DNA from: Novakomyces olei
Taxonomy: Eukaryota
Length of the DNA: 64,000 bases
Assembly (NCBI GenBank): GCA_016906335.1
Contig: JADEYG010000003.1
Span: 558,001-622,000 of the forward strand
Reading direction: 5' to 3'
Shown one piece after another: positions 60,798 to 64,000 of the stretch (position 1 is its first letter; the number at the start of each line of letters is the position of its first letter). Under the pieces are notes generated by a model. The model was given only the letters and a program-made list of their open reading frames with translations. It had not been told where the DNA came from and made no database searches. Both the position numbers and the translations under genes were made by a program.

Positions 60798-62129
60798 ATG
60801 GCGGCAATTCAGGCCCTGTCTCCGCAAGACTTGACGTCATTACCGGACCCAATTGACGACGACGCGCTTGACCGTCTCGCCGTGTCCTCACGCTCTATAG
60901 CTTTGCGCGATGCAATCGTTGAGCACGAGCAGATTTTGAAGTCTGTTCGATCGAGTCTGAGCGAAGCGGCCCCGACACTCAACGCTGGCCGCGCTTACGC
61001 CGCGCTCACACTCCTAAGTCATCTAGCCTCCAACGGTTCAGGGCACGTGACTGACGCGTCACTGTCTTTACTGCGTAATGCAGCAGCAGCACGTTTAGGC
61101 GCGGGACAAGACGCGAACGCGTCAGAGCGGGCGCGTAAACTCGTGCAGAGTGGGATCGCGTTGGATATTATTTCACGGGTTTACAACGGGAATGTCTCCC
61201 TGTGTGCATTGGCGAGCCGAGTCGTTTTTGATCTGGCCGCTGTCCAGGATCTGCGTCCCTTATTGGCTCAGCAAGGCGCCCTGCGTATTACTGCTCACGT
61301 ATACTTTACTGCTGAGGCATTGGCTGCCGATTTAAAGGCTCAGCAGACGCCTAATGACGCAGAATCAAAAGAGCCAATTGGCTCTACCGACTCGGCGTCT
61401 GTTAATGCTGCAAATGCTGTTTTGCAGGCTCGAACGTCGGCAGCCAGAGCTGTGGCTCGGATACTGACCCGCGTTAATCCTGACGTCTTTTTCGCTGGCA
61501 GAGTAAGCGCCCGCACGGGAATTGTTCCCGTCGTTGCTTTTTGCCTTGAACAGAGCACACGTGACTTGGCCTGGTCAACATCGTGCTTTGAAGCACTTGT
61601 GGCGCTTGCCAATTTAGCCTCGAGCGACGAGGATGCGTGTATTGCCATTGTAGAAAAGCATCTGGCTCCTATATACTCTATCTTTACCACTATGGATGGA
61701 GATCTACAGCTGCAACGGGCTGCCGCTCAAGTTTTATGCAACTGCTCTGCTTCTGATCGCGCGGCTATCCTCCTTTTGAAGGATGGAAAGGGGCCAAAGA
61801 TCATTGATACTTTGGTCACGTGCCTGGCCGCGCAAGATGAGGCGACGCGTACTGCCGCCAGTGGGGCAATCGCCATGCTGACAGAGAGTGATGACGTCAT
61901 TGATTACCTAAGCCAAGGGGAACCGAATTTGGTCGCTGTTCTTGTGCAAGGGTTTTCTGCTCAAGACACGGGTGTACAGCTGCGTGAGGCTACTGCCTTG
62001 CTGAATATGGCGACGCGTAACGCGGGGCTCAAGACGCGTATTGCAAAAGGCATTGCTCACCTTGAAGCAGCAGATGATTTGGAAGTGAAAGCCTTGCTCG
62101 CTGAATTGAAGGAGATATGTAGCAAATAG
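60798..62129 (+). CDS. UCS-domain myosin chaperone (She4/Rng3/CRO1-like), short form
   Basis: R..LAQQGA.R, AARAVARIL..VNP..FF, FEALVALANLAS, QRAA..LCN, TR.AASGAIAMLT. Confidence 0.8.
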   Translation: MAAIQALSPQDLTSLPDPIDDDALDRLAVSSRSIALRDAIVEHEQILKSVRSSLSEAAPTLNAGRAYAALTLLSHLASNGSGHVTDASLSLLRNAAAARLGAGQDANASERARKLVQSGIALDIISRVYNGNVSLCALASRVVFDLAAVQDLRPLLAQQGALRITAHVYFTAEALAADLKAQQTPNDAESKEPIGSTDSASVNAANAVLQARTSAARAVARILTRVNPDVFFAGRVSARTGIVPVVAFCLEQSTRDLAWSTSCFEALVALANLASSDEDACIAIVEKHLAPIYSIFTTMDGDLQLQRAAAQVLCNCSASDRAAILLLKDGKGPKIIDTLVTCLAAQDEATRTAASGAIAMLTESDDVIDYLSQGEPNLVAVLVQGFSAQDTGVQLREATALLNMATRNAGLKTRIAKGIAHLEAADDLEVKALLAELKEICSK

Positions 62130-62294
62130 CCTGAGCCATTTCAAGAGAGGGAGACGCATGCTTCTTTTATAAGGCAACAGTCTGGTTATGCGTTCTGGAA
62201 GGGTCCTGCGACCGTTCTCAAACATTTAGTGTCTCTTGACTTGTATACATCTCTATTATTTGCTGTAAAGATTATTTGTCTACATACAGGGGTA

Positions 62295-63727
62295 TCATTG
62301 AGGGTTGGCCGGGTTCGAAGAGGCTTCATTTTTCCACTTCTCCCGTTCCATTTCATCATACTCATCACGATAATCGATCCAGCGCATTTGATCGTCCTCC
62401 TTGGCCTCACCGCCTTGTCTTACTGCCGTCACAAAAATATCATCGCCTGCTCCCTCAGCTGCACCGAACGCGTACCCGCCTGCACGATCTATAACGTGCA
62501 GTAAATGTGTCATTGAAGCCTTGTCTTCAACAGCTAAAGTCTCAAAAGCAACAAGGCCAAAATCTTCGACGATCTCAGCTACAGCTTCGTTTAGCCGACC
62601 GTACCGCGCAAGTCGAGGGTCGCTATTGAGTCGAGGCAGCAGGTAGCTTAGGTCTTGAACTTGCTTGTAGAAATCAAGATGGAAGTCTATGAAACATGGG
62701 TTAGATCTATCTTTGACGTGTTCAAACTTCAAAAATAAAGCACAGTCGATCATCATTAAAAGGCAAAAGAACAGAAGAGGGTGAAATAATCAGGATCAAA
62801 TAAACAATTAACAATCAATACACCTACCGAGCGGCCCGTAATTTGCAAGCAAATCGATCTTTGAAAGCACATTGACTTGTGGCAGTTCAAGTTGCAGCAT
62901 ACTCTTGAGAGCCAGCATCAGGACAGAAATGTACTTTGCCGGATCGCTGCAGTGATGCGAGTCTACCAGATTTACGACAACAGGCTTCCAAGTTAGCGTG
63001 AATTTTAATTGAAGAGTAGCATTAATGGAAACAAGTAAAGCGCCAGATGATTAAGTAGCCAGACTCGCGAATCATAGCTGGCTCCATAGCAGGTGTTAAT
63101 TTTAACAGCATTCAACCCCACCGTGCCTTTCTTGATCTTCTTTTAAACGATTTATCATTTAATTTAATTTAATTTTGATTTTTTTTTTTTAAATTATTTT
63201 TTTGGAATTAATTAATCATTATTTAATTCTCGTAATTATTTGTGACAACTTACCCTGTACCCGAGCCGCTCAATGTGACCAATAATCGTCCGTAGAGCGC
63301 TGTGATGAGTAAACAGCTCAACTTGTCCCGGACAGTCGAAAAGCACATAGTTTTCTAGCAGGATTAGTACATTCAAGTACACAATAAACCCCAAACCTTG
63401 CAGCCTTTGCAACCCGCGCGAGAGCCAATCAGCGTTGGCCTCTATTGTCTCCATTGCATGAATAATCCCTCCGTTTGGCCCCAAGTTGGCGTCGTCCATA
63501 ATATCAGACAAGGGCACAAGGTCCATCGCGTTCAGTTCACAGGGATAGGAGAGACGGTCGTTCGCAGGGTCCAAATTAACTACTGAGCATTTGCGGCCGA
63601 TAGCCGAAAGAAACTGGTGCATCCCATTACAGTATGTTGTTTTACCGCTACCCGGTGGGCCGATAACTATCTAAAATGCGTGAGCAAGTACGGTTTGTCT
63701 CGTCCGCCTTACCTGACAGAACGGCAT
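62295..63727 (-). CDS. GPN2: GPN-loop GTPase 2, spliced
   Basis: MPFCQ/IVIGPPGSGKTTYCNGM, VNLDPAND, LGPNGG, YVLFDCPGQVELFTHH, NVLSKIDL, FGLVAFETLAVEDK. Confidence 0.95.
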
Positions 63728-64000
63728 TACGACAAGACCGGCATCTGCATTTCCTTTAAATAATAATAATTAATTATTATTATTTATTTATTGTATTACA
63801 ATAATATATTATTATATTAAATGTTTAATATTATTAATATTAATATTATTATTATTATCATTATTATTATTTTCCTGTGATCGTCATGATCCTATGATCC
63901 CAATTCCTACGGCGGCCGTTCTGTTCCCAAAGAGCACGCCATTCTTTCATAGACCCGAGTACCGCCGGACAGTGCTCTCAATATATCGCCGCTGCTTAGA

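Overview
Gene-dense, intron-containing fungal nuclear DNA. It is an ascomycete, and probably an early-diverging/Taphrinomycotina-like lineage (inference from gene content: Dsc1/Tul1, Tea4, Edc1/PNRC, TilS-like, short GT..CTAAC..AG introns, and a probable complex I subunit, which fission yeasts lack). I can support about 31 protein-coding genes, mostly housekeeping: SMI1, Edc1-like, Nxt3/Bre5, exportin-T, ELG1, TUL1, SAM carrier, TilS-like, PIF1, NDE1, TFIIIC subunit 6, RKM3-like, LSM3, MRPL10, Cyp60, UTP21, eIF2B-delta, NDUFC2-like, PAM16, a RING-CH ligase, GCV3, FZO1, ataxin-10, Tea4, a kinase, PMP22, a Zn2Cys6 TF, a UCS protein and GPN2. Several are spliced and are missed or fragmented by the ORF track. 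The standout is the ~1.1-kb gap between the RING-CH gene and GCV3. On the minus strand it carries, in the expected order, a TATA box, a core-enclosing helix, a boundary hairpin, a CCUAACCCUAA template, a long G-U-containing arm, a vertebrate/fungal-type pseudoknot and a 3-way-junction-like domain. This makes it a strong candidate telomerase RNA gene. All helices were paired by eye, not computed. Exon boundaries are manual and approximate. No mobile elements, tRNAs, rRNAs or CRISPR arrays were seen.
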